DNA of 64,000 nt from the NCBI GenBank assembly GCA_029259745.1, contig JAJDEO010000048.1, positions 111,024 through 175,023 on the forward strand, in the 5' to 3' direction. Source of the DNA: Planctomycetota bacterium. Lineage in GTDB: Bacteria > Planctomycetota > B15-G4. Made by a program: the position numbers and the translations under genes. Shown piece by piece: positions 47,478 through 57,361 of this stretch (position 1 is the stretch's first letter; each line of letters opens with the position of its first letter). Under the pieces are notes generated by a model. It had not been told where the DNA came from. It was given only the letters and a program-made list of their open reading frames with translations, and did not search any database.

Positions 47478-48266
47478 TCACGTGAGATAGACGTCGAAGC
47501 GCACGCGCGTGGAGTTGACCGAGTGCGCGGGAGCGGCGCCGAGGGGTGGCGCATGGGGCGGCCGTTTCACGACGACACGATGTCGTGCGCACTCGCACGC
47601 AACTTCCCAGAGACGCTGCTCGGCTGACACGTCGTGCCGTTGGTCGCCGAGGAGCTTGCCGAGAACTGCCAGGTCGTGCTTCACCTCGGCGGCCTTGCGG
47701 CGCGGCGGATGCATCGGGTCGAGGTAGATGACGTCGGGACGCGCGCCGTCGGGAAGCGCCGCGATGACCGCGGTTGCCTCGGCGTGGATGACGGCGGGGA
47801 TGGACGACGGGTCGCGTCGGTGTGCGTCGGCGAGCAGCAGCGCCATCACCGCCGAGCGCTCGATCAACGTGACGTGACAGCCCCAGCGTGACATCGTCAG
47901 AGCGTCGCGGCCCAAACCGCCCGTCGCGTCGAGCACCGTCAGCCCGTCGGCGACGCGCTTGTGCACGCCGAGCGCCCGTCCCAACGGACTGCTGCGACCC
48001 ACCGGGTTCGTGCGCGCCACGCCGGCGCGCACGGGCTCGGACTCGGGCTTGCCGGCATCGAGCAGCGTCCAGGCCTCGCCGTCATGGAACACGACGACCG
48101 CGGGCCGCGGGGTGATCGCCGCCAGCCAGGCCTTGCGGGCCGCCGGGTCTGCGGCGCCGAGCGGGGCCTCGACGAACGCGACCCCGAGTGTCACAGCGAG
48201 CTGCTGACCTTCGGCCCGAATCCTGGGATCGACCGGCGTGGTGCTGGCGACGAGCAGTTCGGGCAT
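47478..48266 (-). CDS. rsmJ: 16S rRNA m2G1516 methyltransferase-like protein (RsmJ/YhiQ)
   Basis: VLDATGGLGRDA, IERS, DVIYLDPMHP, RVVVKRP and RFDVY motifs. Confidence 0.85.
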   Translation of the reverse strand: MPELLVASTTPVDPRIRAEGQQLAVTLGVAFVEAPLGAADPAARKAWLAAITPRPAVVVFHDGEAWTLLDAGKPESEPVRAGVARTNPVGRSSPLGRALGVHKRVADGLTVLDATGGLGRDALTMSRWGCHVTLIERSAVMALLLADAHRRDPSSIPAVIHAEATAVIAALPDGARPDVIYLDPMHPPRRKAAEVKHDLAVLGKLLGDQRHDVSAEQRLWEVACECARHRVVVKRPPHAPPLGAAPAHSVNSTRVRFDVYLT

Positions 48267-48381
48267 CGCAGACAGGGGTCCGGGGCGTGACGAGGCGCGG
48301 ATCCTCGCATACCGAACAGGCAGACACGGCCGGTGATCACGTCGGTCGCACGAGCGGTCACCTCCCGGTCACCTCCCCACG

Positions 48382-48409
48382 GCGCATCATAATAATGATT
48401 ATCGGACGT
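48382..48409 (-). other. dif-like XerC/XerD recombination site
   Basis: Minus strand reads ACGTCCGATAA-TCATTA-TTATGATGCGC, an 11-6-11 layout like E. coli dif (GGTGCGCATAA-TGTATA-TTATGTTAAAT); AT-rich patch in intergenic DNA. Confidence 0.55.
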
Positions 48410-48537
48410 AACGAATCCAACCCACGGAGATGCCCCTTCGCCACGGTTGGGCTTCGGTTCCCAAGGTTCGCGTGGCAGGATGCCCGCGTTCGGCTCGCCC
48501 ACGCCCGCGCCGAGCCGTCCCTCCCGAGACTGCATCG

Positions 48538-50238
48538 ATGACCGACGCCGACGCGCCTCCGCCGCCGCCACGCCAGCCCAACTCCTTCGGCCGCGTCCTG
48601 CTCGTCCTCCTCGGGCTCGCCGCCGGCTTGGCCCTGCGCTACGGCTATGCCACGCAGCTGGCCGGCTGGGTCGCCGATTGGGAGGCCGATGCCTTCTTGC
48701 GAGCCTGGGAAGGTCGCCCCTGGGAGGCGCTCAATCGGCTTCGTCCGCCGGGCGCCGACTGGCTCTATCACCGGATCGCCGAAGAGCTCGGCGGCACGCC
48801 GTCGATCTTGACGTTGCGACTGGCGTCGGTCGGCGTCTCGGTTGCTGCATTGATCGCAGCGTTCGACCTGGCCCTGACCATGTCGCGATCCTCGACCATC
48901 CAGCGCCGTTCGGTGCTCGCGGCGCTCGTGTTCGTCACCTGGATCTGGGCGTTGCACCCGACGCTGATCGCCGCGTCGGTGCGTCCCGATCGCGTCGTGC
49001 TTCTCGGCGGATGGCTGTGCTTCACCGTCGCTGGTGCCCTGCGCATTCACCAAGAACACTTCATCGTCGGCTGGCTGCAGCTGGCCGTCGGGCTCACGGC
49101 TTCGGTCCTGACGGGTGGGATCATCGTCGCGTTCGCGGCCGGTGTGGGCCTCATCTGGAGTCTGCTTCCCGTCCCGCGTTTCGCCGCGATGGCGCGTGTC
49201 GTGAGCGCCTTTGCGCTGGCGTTCGGCGTCGCGTGGTTCGTGCAGCGCGGGCCGCTCACCGAGCCCCCCCGCCCGTGGCTCCCCGACACGGCCGGCATGC
49301 ACAGCGCGATGGCGCTCGTCGAGGCGCCGTTCACGATGTTCGATCCCGCGGAGATCGATCCTGACGCGCGCGAGAACGCGCGCTTTGACATGCTCGCCGA
49401 TGCGGTCGAGAACACCCCGTCCATCGAAGTGTTCCGCGACGTCATCGACCGCTGGGTCGGTGACTTCCACGGGCCGCTGCGTTTCGAAGGGTTGCCCGGG
49501 TCGTGGCCGCGACCTTGGTCGGCGCTTGCGATCGCGCTCCTCGAGGGGCTTCTGCGCGGCGGCGTCTTGCTGTTCGTCGTCGCCACGCTCACGTCGACTC
49601 CCATCGCTTCGGATTCCGCGTGGCCGCGGGCCGGCGCCATCGTCGCGTTCATTCTCTTCGGGCTCTTGACGACGCTGACGCTCACCGGACCGTTCGACCT
49701 CGCCGCGCTCGACATGTTGCTCGTCGGAATGGCCGGCGCGGGCATGGCTGGCACCGACCCCTCGCGTCCCGGCGCCCGGCGCACGTTCTTCCTCATCGGC
49801 GGCGCGCTCGCCTGCACGTTCCCGCTCATCGCCTGGCGTGCCGATCTGCCGCCGTCGCACTGGGTACTGCACGGACACGCTCGCCAAGGGGAACCGGCGG
49901 CGCTTGTTGCACAGTACGACTACTTGCGAGAAGTGCCCGATGATGTCGAGGCTCTGCAGCGCGCGACGTCCTACTTGATGCACTACGAAACCCCCTTCGT
50001 TCGCCTTCCCGAAGCGGCCCTGCGGCGCGCTTGGCAACAGCAGGACCTCGCGCCTGACGGTTCGCTTGCAGTCGATCTCGTCGTTCGGGCGCTCCTCGAG
50101 AACGGGCGGATCGATGAGGCGCGTGATGTCGCGACGGACAGCGTGCTGATCACGAACAACAACGACGCCTCGGCCCGCAAGATGCTCGATCACGTCGACC
50201 ACGTTGCACGTCTACAGCGTTCGCGGGGCGAGCAATGA
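48538..50238 (+). CDS. Polytopic membrane protein with a C-terminal TPR-like region
   Basis: Many hydrophobic helices in a GT-C-like layout; C-terminal ALLENGRIDEA; overlaps the cvpA start. Confidence 0.7.
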   Translation: MTDADAPPPPPRQPNSFGRVLLVLLGLAAGLALRYGYATQLAGWVADWEADAFLRAWEGRPWEALNRLRPPGADWLYHRIAEELGGTPSILTLRLASVGVSVAALIAAFDLALTMSRSSTIQRRSVLAALVFVTWIWALHPTLIAASVRPDRVVLLGGWLCFTVAGALRIHQEHFIVGWLQLAVGLTASVLTGGIIVAFAAGVGLIWSLLPVPRFAAMARVVSAFALAFGVAWFVQRGPLTEPPRPWLPDTAGMHSAMALVEAPFTMFDPAEIDPDARENARFDMLADAVENTPSIEVFRDVIDRWVGDFHGPLRFEGLPGSWPRPWSALAIALLEGLLRGGVLLFVVATLTSTPIASDSAWPRAGAIVAFILFGLLTTLTLTGPFDLAALDMLLVGMAGAGMAGTDPSRPGARRTFFLIGGALACTFPLIAWRADLPPSHWVLHGHARQGEPAALVAQYDYLREVPDDVEALQRATSYLMHYETPFVRLPEAALRRAWQQQDLAPDGSLAVDLVVRALLENGRIDEARDVATDSVLITNNNDASARKMLDHVDHVARLQRSRGEQ

Positions 50239-50759
50239 CGAGCGGTTGGCACGACCTCGACAAGCTCGCCGCGCTCGTCGTCTTCGTCTGTGCCTGGCTC
50301 GGACTCTGGCGCGGTGCGACGCGCACGGTCGTCGGGCTCGTTGCGCTTGCCGCCGGTATCGCGCTCGCCGCGGTGTTCGGCGCCGAGGTTGGTGACGCCG
50401 TGACCTCGGGGCGCTCAGCCCTCGAGCCCTTCGCGCCGCTGATCGGGTCGTCGATCGTCTACGGCGCCGTGCTCATCTTTGGTGCATTCGTCGCACGCGT
50501 CGCGCGCCGGCGGGCCGAAGAGCGAAGCTTCGGTGCCATCGACCGCGTGTTCGGGCTCGTGCTCGGCACGGGCCGCGGAATCGGTTACGTGGCCGTCGCG
50601 ATGATCGCTCTGCGCACGCTGCCTCTCGACAGCCTCCACGCTGCGTCGGAGCACACCGTCGCGCTCGGCGTGACGCGCACGGCGTTCGAGCTCGTCGAAC
50701 CCGTGCTCCCCACCAAGATGACGGCCTGGGTCGGAGACGCACTCATCCCGACGCGTTAG
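50235..50759 (+). CDS. cvpA: CvpA (colicin V production) family protein
   Basis: GLWRG and IDRVFGLVLGTGRG motifs; about four TM helices. Confidence 0.85.
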   Translation: MTSGWHDLDKLAALVVFVCAWLGLWRGATRTVVGLVALAAGIALAAVFGAEVGDAVTSGRSALEPFAPLIGSSIVYGAVLIFGAFVARVARRRAEERSFGAIDRVFGLVLGTGRGIGYVAVAMIALRTLPLDSLHAASEHTVALGVTRTAFELVEPVLPTKMTAWVGDALIPTR

Positions 50760-50916
50760 CAGCTCGTGCGGCGCCGCACTTGCGGTGGTGACCGCCGGCA
50801 CGGAGACCAGAGGCGCCCCGCGCGCCGTCGACGTCGCGCTCCGCCGAGGTCTGGCCCACCAAGATGACGGCCTGGGTCGGAGACGCACTCATCCCGACGC
50901 GTTAGCAGCTCGTGCG
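50709..50916 (+). repeat. Exact 62-bp direct repeat of the cvpA 3' end
   Basis: 50709-50770 is identical to 50855-50916, with an 84-bp spacer. Confidence 0.95.
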
Positions 50917-51005
50917 AGTGGTGTCGCTTCGTCGCGGTCTGGCAACGCCGAGTCCGGCTCAGCGAGCGCGGCCACGAACGTGCTGCTCGCCCGCCGAGAC
51001 ATGGC

Positions 51006-53351
51006 TCACGGGTCGGTCTCGTCGTCCTCGCCGCCGGTGTGACGGATCGGCACCTCGGTCTTGGCCTTAGCCTCGGCCTCGGCCGCAGCCGCGCGGGCCA
51101 GCTCGAGCAGGCGCGGTGCGAGGTTCCAGCGCTGGACGCGCTCACGGATCCGATGGTCTTCACCCTGCGTGGCGATGAGTTCGGTGAGCAGCGACTCGCC
51201 CTTGCGTTCGGCGCCGGTCATGTAGAGCGCGTCGACTTCGTAGCAGCGGAAGGCAATGTGCTTGGCCTGCGACTCTTCGAGGTCGGTCGGGATCAGGAAC
51301 TTGAGACGCGTGAGCGCCGTGTCGGGATCGGCGGCTTCCTCGTCGCTCGGGAAGAGCAGCATGTGAATGTAGGCGAGGTTGACGCTCTCCTCACCGCTGT
51401 GTTCCATGAGGTAGCCGCGTGCCACTTCCTGGCCATCCTTCGAGAAACCGTAGCGGTCGAGCAGCCGTGCGATCTGAACTGTCGTCACGGCGTCATCGGT
51501 GTTTTCTGCCGCAAGTGCGAGGAACTCGTCAAGCGCCGACGAGATGCCGCCGGCGAGGCGCGCGCGCGCCGCGATGAATCGATCGGCATCGTTGAAACGC
51601 CCCTCGCGCTCACGCTCGGCGAGGATCTCGAGCGCCTCGATTCTCGTCGACACGATCGGGGACGCGAGGAGGTCCATGGGCGGACACGCGACCTGGTCCA
51701 TCAGCAACGGCTGGTCGAAGTCGGGCGAGCGTCGTTCCGTGTGGCACTTGCCGCACTTCTGCTCGTTGCGGATCGACCAGACGTACAGCGGCTGCATCGT
51801 GCGTCGCGCATTGCTGCCGTGGAGCGTCGAGACCCCGTCGTGGCAGGCGAAGCAGCTCACGCCGCCGAGCGGATCCTCGAGGCGAACGTCGTCATAGCCC
51901 CCCTCGAGCCCGAAGCCCGTGCTGTGACATTCGAGGCAGCTCGGATCTGAAGCGCGTTGATTCTCACGAAGTGACTCAAAGGCCTGGGCGTGCGGCGTCT
52001 GCGACCAGAAGTTGTACTGCTCTTGGTGGCATTCGTAGCAGTCGTCCGGGCTCGGGATGCGCGGGTGCTCGAGTGTGCGCTGCGGCGGTGGGAGATCGGC
52101 CTGGGCGAGTGCTGCCGCGAAGCGTTCGGCGAACGCGCCCGGCTGGATGCGCACCGCGTGATCGGCGGAAACTTTGGGAAGCTCGGCGACTCGGTGGTCG
52201 ATCGCAGAGCCGGTGTAGCTGGCCATCTCAACGAGGCCGGCTCGGTCCTGCTCGAGGAAAGCGATGCGCTCGGCAAATCCTGCGCCGTCGATCGACGGGT
52301 CGGCTTGGGCGGTGGCTCGAAGCTGGTCGAGGTCGGAGGTGCCGTAGCGCTCGACGAACTGCCCGAGCCAGATGTCTTCGCGTTTGAGCTTTTCTTCGAG
52401 CAGATACTGCTCGGACACATCGGAGAGGTTGAGGTCGTTGTCGACGACTCGGATGATCGTCTGTCCGACTTCCTTGCCGAGCGGTGCCGCCACGGCCAGT
52501 GCCGCACCGAAGCGGAAGGCGATGTCGCGGACTTCTGACGACGCGTCGCGCGACCCGATGACGAGGTCGACGGTACCGAGGTCCAAGATCTTGCTGTTCG
52601 TCGTACCGGCCACGGCGCTGAGAACGACGAGGAAGTCGATGTCGTGCTCGCTGCGAATACGCTCGGCCTCGGCGCCGACCGCGTCGATGACGTTCGTGAG
52701 TTCGAGGTCGTCGTCGGACAACGACCGCATCTTGCGCGCCTTGTCGGCCCCGCGCGTCGGCGCCGCGCCGAGGAACGCAAGCCGGGGTCCGTCGGGGGCG
52801 CTCGGTTCGGGCATCCAAGACGACACCACGCGTCCCAGGCCCTTCTTGTCGTTGGCATTCGTGATGAGCAGGCGCACACCTCGCTCGGCGGCCATGTCGA
52901 GAAGCGCGCCGGCGCCGAACGACAGGTCGAGCGATCCGGGAACGAGGGCGTCGACCCGCGCGGCCCCGAGGGCTTCCATGGTGACGCCGCTCTCGACGTC
53001 GAGCGCCATGTGGTCGATCTTGTTCGCCGGCGCGTACTTGGTCGAGACGAGCGTGTCACCGACGCAGACGAGGTAGGCCTGGTCGCCGGCGTCCCGCAGG
53101 CTGTTGCGGAGCTCGCTTGCGCCTGCAAGGACGGGCTCGGGGTCCTCGATGCACGGAATGCCGTCGACCATGCCTTGCAGCCGGTTGAGCTGGAGCAGGT
53201 GCACCTGCCCGTCGACGTGCCGCCGGTCCCCCACGTGCGCCGGATCTTCACCGGGCGCGCTCGCCTGTTCTCCGCAGCTGAGCAAGCAGGACGTCAAGAG
53301 GCCGGCGACGAGCGACGACCGCGCGGTGCCGAGGGACGAAATGCGGCGCAT
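51006..53351 (-). CDS. Lipoprotein: 5'-nucleotidase/UshA-like N-terminal domain, tetraheme c-type cytochrome domain and TPR-like tail
   Basis: LLSC lipobox; VCVGD and LLITNA; four heme motifs CYECH, CLECH, CFACH, CGKCH; WSQTPHAQAF. Confidence 0.82.
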   Translation of the reverse strand: MRRISSLGTARSSLVAGLLTSCLLSCGEQASAPGEDPAHVGDRRHVDGQVHLLQLNRLQGMVDGIPCIEDPEPVLAGASELRNSLRDAGDQAYLVCVGDTLVSTKYAPANKIDHMALDVESGVTMEALGAARVDALVPGSLDLSFGAGALLDMAAERGVRLLITNANDKKGLGRVVSSWMPEPSAPDGPRLAFLGAAPTRGADKARKMRSLSDDDLELTNVIDAVGAEAERIRSEHDIDFLVVLSAVAGTTNSKILDLGTVDLVIGSRDASSEVRDIAFRFGAALAVAAPLGKEVGQTIIRVVDNDLNLSDVSEQYLLEEKLKREDIWLGQFVERYGTSDLDQLRATAQADPSIDGAGFAERIAFLEQDRAGLVEMASYTGSAIDHRVAELPKVSADHAVRIQPGAFAERFAAALAQADLPPPQRTLEHPRIPSPDDCYECHQEQYNFWSQTPHAQAFESLRENQRASDPSCLECHSTGFGLEGGYDDVRLEDPLGGVSCFACHDGVSTLHGSNARRTMQPLYVWSIRNEQKCGKCHTERRSPDFDQPLLMDQVACPPMDLLASPIVSTRIEALEILAEREREGRFNDADRFIAARARLAGGISSALDEFLALAAENTDDAVTTVQIARLLDRYGFSKDGQEVARGYLMEHSGEESVNLAYIHMLLFPSDEEAADPDTALTRLKFLIPTDLEESQAKHIAFRCYEVDALYMTGAERKGESLLTELIATQGEDHRIRERVQRWNLAPRLLELARAAAAEAEAKAKTEVPIRHTGGEDDETDP

Positions 53352-53526
53352 GGACGAGTTCTCCGGGGCATGGACGGTCGGGAGCATAGCAGTCGCAGAG
53401 CTGACACTGGAGCGACCGCTGGGCCGACTTTGCGCGGGGCGACGGGTGTCGAAAGCATGTCCGGGGTCGAGACGCCGCGGTGAGTAGGACAGAATGGCGC
53501 CCCCCTCATGTATCGGATCGAAGTCG

Positions 53527-54273
53527 ATGACGGACTCAGCGGTAATGGTGGAGGCCAAGGGCCTCCGAAAAGTGTTCAAAGGACGACGCGGTGACCACAC
53601 GGTTGCCGTCGACGACCTCACCCTGACGTGTCGAGCGGGAGAGGTGTTTGGCCTGCTCGGCCCCAACGGTGCGGGCAAGACGACGAGCCTGCGGATGCTT
53701 TCCACCGTCTACCGCCCCACCGAGGGCGTCGCCACGATCGACGGCCACGACGTCACGTCCGACCCCGAGAGCGTCCGCAAGAGCATCGGTTTCCTCTCCG
53801 GGAACACGGGGCTCTACCCGCGCCTCACGGCCCGCGAGGTGCTCACGTACTTCGGCCGGCTGTACGGCATGGACGACGGCGCGATCGAGGCGCGCATCGC
53901 GCACCTTGCGCAGCTGCTCGACATGGACTTCCTCGAGAAGCGCTGCGACAAGATGTCCACGGGCATGAAGCAGAAGGTGAACATCGCGCGCACCGTCATC
54001 CACGACCCCGCCGTGCTCGTGCTCGACGAGCCGACCGCCGGCCTCGATGTCCTTGCCGCACGGACGATCGTCGACTTCGTCAAAGACTGCCGCACGCGCG
54101 GCAAGTGTGTGATCTTCTCGACGCACATCATGCACGAGGTCGAGCGTCTGTGTGACCGTCTCGCCGTCATCCACAAGGGGCGCATGCAGTTCGACGGCAC
54201 GCTCGAACAGATGCGTGCCACGCATGGACACGACCTCGAAGACGCGTTCATCTCAGTGTTGGAGGCCGCGTGA
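53527..54273 (+). CDS. ABC transporter ATP-binding protein (NatA-like)
   Basis: GPNGAGKTT, MSTGMKQK, LDEPT and FSTH motifs. Confidence 0.92.
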   Translation: MTDSAVMVEAKGLRKVFKGRRGDHTVAVDDLTLTCRAGEVFGLLGPNGAGKTTSLRMLSTVYRPTEGVATIDGHDVTSDPESVRKSIGFLSGNTGLYPRLTAREVLTYFGRLYGMDDGAIEARIAHLAQLLDMDFLEKRCDKMSTGMKQKVNIARTVIHDPAVLVLDEPTAGLDVLAARTIVDFVKDCRTRGKCVIFSTHIMHEVERLCDRLAVIHKGRMQFDGTLEQMRATHGHDLEDAFISVLEAA

Positions 54274-55796
54274 TGAATGCCCGTCGAGTGATGGTGATCG
54301 CGAAGAAGGAGTTCAAGGACGTGCTGCGCGATCGGCGCACGCTCATCTTCATGGTGCTGCTCCCGCTTCTCGTCATGCCGGTGATGTTCCTGGGGATCGC
54401 GAAGTTTGCGCAGGAGCAGCAGTCCAAGAAGCAGTCGCGCACGTTGCGCGTTGCCGTCGACTCGAATGTCGAGCCGATGATCACGGCTCTCGCCGATCAA
54501 TGGATGGCTGAGAACTCGCCGCGGCTGATGATCACGAGTGCGAAGATCGGTCTGTCGTTTCCGGCTGCGGGCGGGGATCGCAAGGGGCTCGGCACGATGA
54601 TCGAGCAGGTCAGGGACATGATGGATGGCGGGGCTGACGCGGCCTCGCTTGCGGATCTCGATCCGGACCTCGTCGAGAGTGGCGTGCGTCTTGCGCGCGA
54701 GATCGATCCCGCGGACAAGGCGCTCTTCGATGACGCCAGCACGATCTCCACGTTCCGGACGAAGACCGAGTTCATCCTGATCGAGGACCTCGAACCAAGT
54801 GAGACACGCCTGCCGGCTGGGGTGGAGGTCCCCGACGATCTCCCCGAATCGTGGGACGGAGAGCAGCTTGCACGCGCGATCCAGGACAAGACGATCCACG
54901 CGGCGATCCACCTTCCGAGCAACGTTTTCGACATGCTCGAAGACCAACGCGCGAGTGTTCCTTTCAGCGTGTTCTACGACGAGAGCGTGAGTCTGTCGGA
55001 AGAAGCGTCCGACCGCCTCGCGGCGTTCGCGCGCATCGTCGGCAACGGCCTACTCGAGATGCGTCTGGCCGACAACGGACTCGCGCCGCAGTTCGCCGAG
55101 CCCATCGTGTTCGAAGGCGCGGACATGGCCACCCCCTCGCGGCGTGTCCAGGCGTTCCTCGGCGGCTTGCTGCCGTACATGATCATCATGTTCAGCTTCT
55201 TCGGTGCCTTCTACCCATCGCTCGACCTCACGGCCGGTGAGAAGGAGCGCTTCACGATGGAGACGCTGCTGCTCGCGCCCGTGTCGCGCATGGAACTGGC
55301 GGCCGGCAAGTTCGTCGTCGTCTTCGTCGCCGCCGTCGTCGCGGCGGTGCTCGCCACGACATCACTCGGTCTGACGTTCACGCAGGGCATCCTGCCCCAG
55401 GGTGTCGCCGCAGGCTTCGACATCCAGTTCGAGCCGGAGGCCGTCATGCTCACGGCCGTGCTCTTGATCCCGGTGTCGGCTCTGTTCGCGGCCGTGTTGC
55501 TGGGCGTCGCGCTCCTCGCGCGTTCGTTCAAGGAGGCACAGAGCTACACGGCGCCGCTGCAGTTCATCGTGATCCTGCCGGCCATGGCTGCGATGCTGCC
55601 CGACCTCGAAGCCGAGCTGCACCTGGCGTGGATCCCCTTCCTCAACGTCTCGATGCTGATGCGCGAGCTGTTGAAGGGCAACTATCTTTGGGACTTCTTC
55701 GGCATCACCATGCTCAGCATGGGGCTACTCACGCTGCTGACGATCTGGGGCGCGAGCCTGATCTTCCGGCGCGAGACGGTCATCCTGCGCACCTGA
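54270..55796 (+). CDS. ABC transporter permease (NatB-like)
   Basis: KEFKDVLRDRRTL, DLTAGEKERFTMETLL and ARSFKEAQSY motifs. Confidence 0.9.
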   Translation: MMNARRVMVIAKKEFKDVLRDRRTLIFMVLLPLLVMPVMFLGIAKFAQEQQSKKQSRTLRVAVDSNVEPMITALADQWMAENSPRLMITSAKIGLSFPAAGGDRKGLGTMIEQVRDMMDGGADAASLADLDPDLVESGVRLAREIDPADKALFDDASTISTFRTKTEFILIEDLEPSETRLPAGVEVPDDLPESWDGEQLARAIQDKTIHAAIHLPSNVFDMLEDQRASVPFSVFYDESVSLSEEASDRLAAFARIVGNGLLEMRLADNGLAPQFAEPIVFEGADMATPSRRVQAFLGGLLPYMIIMFSFFGAFYPSLDLTAGEKERFTMETLLLAPVSRMELAAGKFVVVFVAAVVAAVLATTSLGLTFTQGILPQGVAAGFDIQFEPEAVMLTAVLLIPVSALFAAVLLGVALLARSFKEAQSYTAPLQFIVILPAMAAMLPDLEAELHLAWIPFLNVSMLMRELLKGNYLWDFFGITMLSMGLLTLLTIWGASLIFRRETVILRT

Positions 55797-55908
55797 ACGC
55801 GACGCGACGCGGATCGAGCGGGCGTGTCAACGCACCGTCTCGATCCGCGCCGTGTCGTCGAGTCGACGACCCCATGCGTGGTGGTCGGCTGAGCGAACGC
55901 GTCGTCGA

Positions 55909-57018
55909 TTACTTTCCGGACGCGGCCTTTCCGGCCTTGTTCTGAGCGCGCACACGGTAGGCCTTGTGCGGGTTCGAGAAGCGGATCGCGCCGCGCTTCG
56001 TCGGTGCCAGTGAGTTGGGCACGTGCGGGACGACGACCGGCTGCGGCGCGGGCGCGTTGGCCTGCGCACGCGCGGCGCGCTTCTTGCTCATGGCCTTGGC
56101 GACGCGGTTCGGCTTGCCCGTCACCTGCGCGCGCTTCTCGAGCTTGGCGATGTGGTTGCGACGCAGCGCGTCGATCTCCCACGGGAGCATCTGAGCGAGG
56201 CGTTCGGCAGCACGTTCCTTGTACGTCACCGCGAGCGCATCTTCCTTCGCCGACTGGGCGTTGGACTGACGAGTCGCGAAGGCTTCGGCGAAGCGGTTGT
56301 TACGTCCGGTCTTCTCGGCTCGCTCGGCCTGGGCTGCGGCGAAGTTGCGCGCGTGGGCTTGGATCTCCCAGGGCTTCATCGCGGCGAGACGCTCAGCGGC
56401 GCGGTTGCGGTAGAACTCGCGCTCCTTGTCGCTCATCACCTTCGCGTCGTCGTTCACGCTGGCGACGCGCTTGTTGTTCGCAGCGTTGTTGTTGTTGTTC
56501 GCCTGCTGGTTCGCGGCAACACGGTTGCGTGTTTGCGCGAGCGCGACACGTCCGGCCTTGTTGACGAGGGACGGGTTGACGAGGGACGGGTTGACCAGAG
56601 ACTTGTTCGAAGGTTGGCGCGCGGCCTGGCGCATCGGCGAGACGACCATGGTTGACGACGGCGCTGACGACGGCGCAGCGACGCGCGTGGTCTCGCGCAC
56701 ACTCACGTTGGCGTTCTGGGGTGCGAGCGGAGCCCGCAGCGCGGGTGCACGCTGCGGTGGCGTCGCGGCGATCGGTCGCGGCGCTGCCTGACGAGGTGCA
56801 GCCTGACGAGGTGCAGCCTGCTGCACCTGCTTGCGGGCGTTCATGTTCTTGGCCGGCGCACGTCCCTTGGCGCGCGGCAAGGAGGTCGACGAGGTCGACG
56901 GCGAGGACGCGCGATTCGCGCTTCCGCGGTTCGCGCCGCCCTGGTTCTGGGCATTGGCGACGTCGGACATCGCGAGCACGGCCGCCAGGCTGGCTGCGAT
57001 GATGTGGGTAATGCGCAT
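55909..57018 (-). CDS. Secreted basic low-complexity protein with a duplicated ~50-aa module
   Basis: Signal peptide ending ANA; (QAAPR)3 and (SLVNP)-type repeats; two RAAERLAxMxPWEI modules. Confidence 0.75.
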   Translation of the reverse strand: MRITHIIAASLAAVLAMSDVANAQNQGGANRGSANRASSPSTSSTSLPRAKGRAPAKNMNARKQVQQAAPRQAAPRQAAPRPIAATPPQRAPALRAPLAPQNANVSVRETTRVAAPSSAPSSTMVVSPMRQAARQPSNKSLVNPSLVNPSLVNKAGRVALAQTRNRVAANQQANNNNNAANNKRVASVNDDAKVMSDKEREFYRNRAAERLAAMKPWEIQAHARNFAAAQAERAEKTGRNNRFAEAFATRQSNAQSAKEDALAVTYKERAAERLAQMLPWEIDALRRNHIAKLEKRAQVTGKPNRVAKAMSKKRAARAQANAPAPQPVVVPHVPNSLAPTKRGAIRFSNPHKAYRVRAQNKAGKAASGK

Positions 57019-57310
57019 GGGTTGATGACTCCGAGGGGGATGCATTTCTCTTCGGCACCCGCAAACGTGAACTTCACCCTCCTTCTCGGTGTGTTGCCCG
57101 ACTGACTCGTGCTGGGACACGGGTTGGCCTGGGCCGATGGCTGGCCTGGCAACCTGGCCGGCCTGCGCACGGGAAGTCCCTGGCCGGGTCGCGCGCGGAC
57201 ACGGGCGGACACGGTGCGTGTCTCGATCTGTCCAGGTCTTGCTCTCCGCGTCGGTCGCCCGCCGGTCCCGCTTGCGGCGAGAGCGTGAGCTGCACGGCTT
57301 GTGTGTCGCT

Positions 57311-57350
57311 GGATTGCCGGGTTGCTGGGTGAGCGGATTGCTGGGTTGCT
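57311..57350 (+). repeat. Five degenerate 8-bp tandem repeats upstream of the sulfatase gene
   Basis: GGATTGCC GGGTTGCT GGGTGAGC GGATTGCT GGGTTGCT. Confidence 0.6.
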
Positions 57351-57361
57351 AAGCTCCGGCG

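Noticed and set aside
48385-48403. Fur box reading of ATAATGATTATC
   Set aside because: Only about 12 of 19 positions match and the flanking genes are not iron related; the 11-6-11 dif layout fits better, although Fur is not excluded.
51006-53351. Selenocysteine recoding in the UshA-like cytochrome
   Set aside because: The frame is open with no in-frame TGA at the Cys motif.
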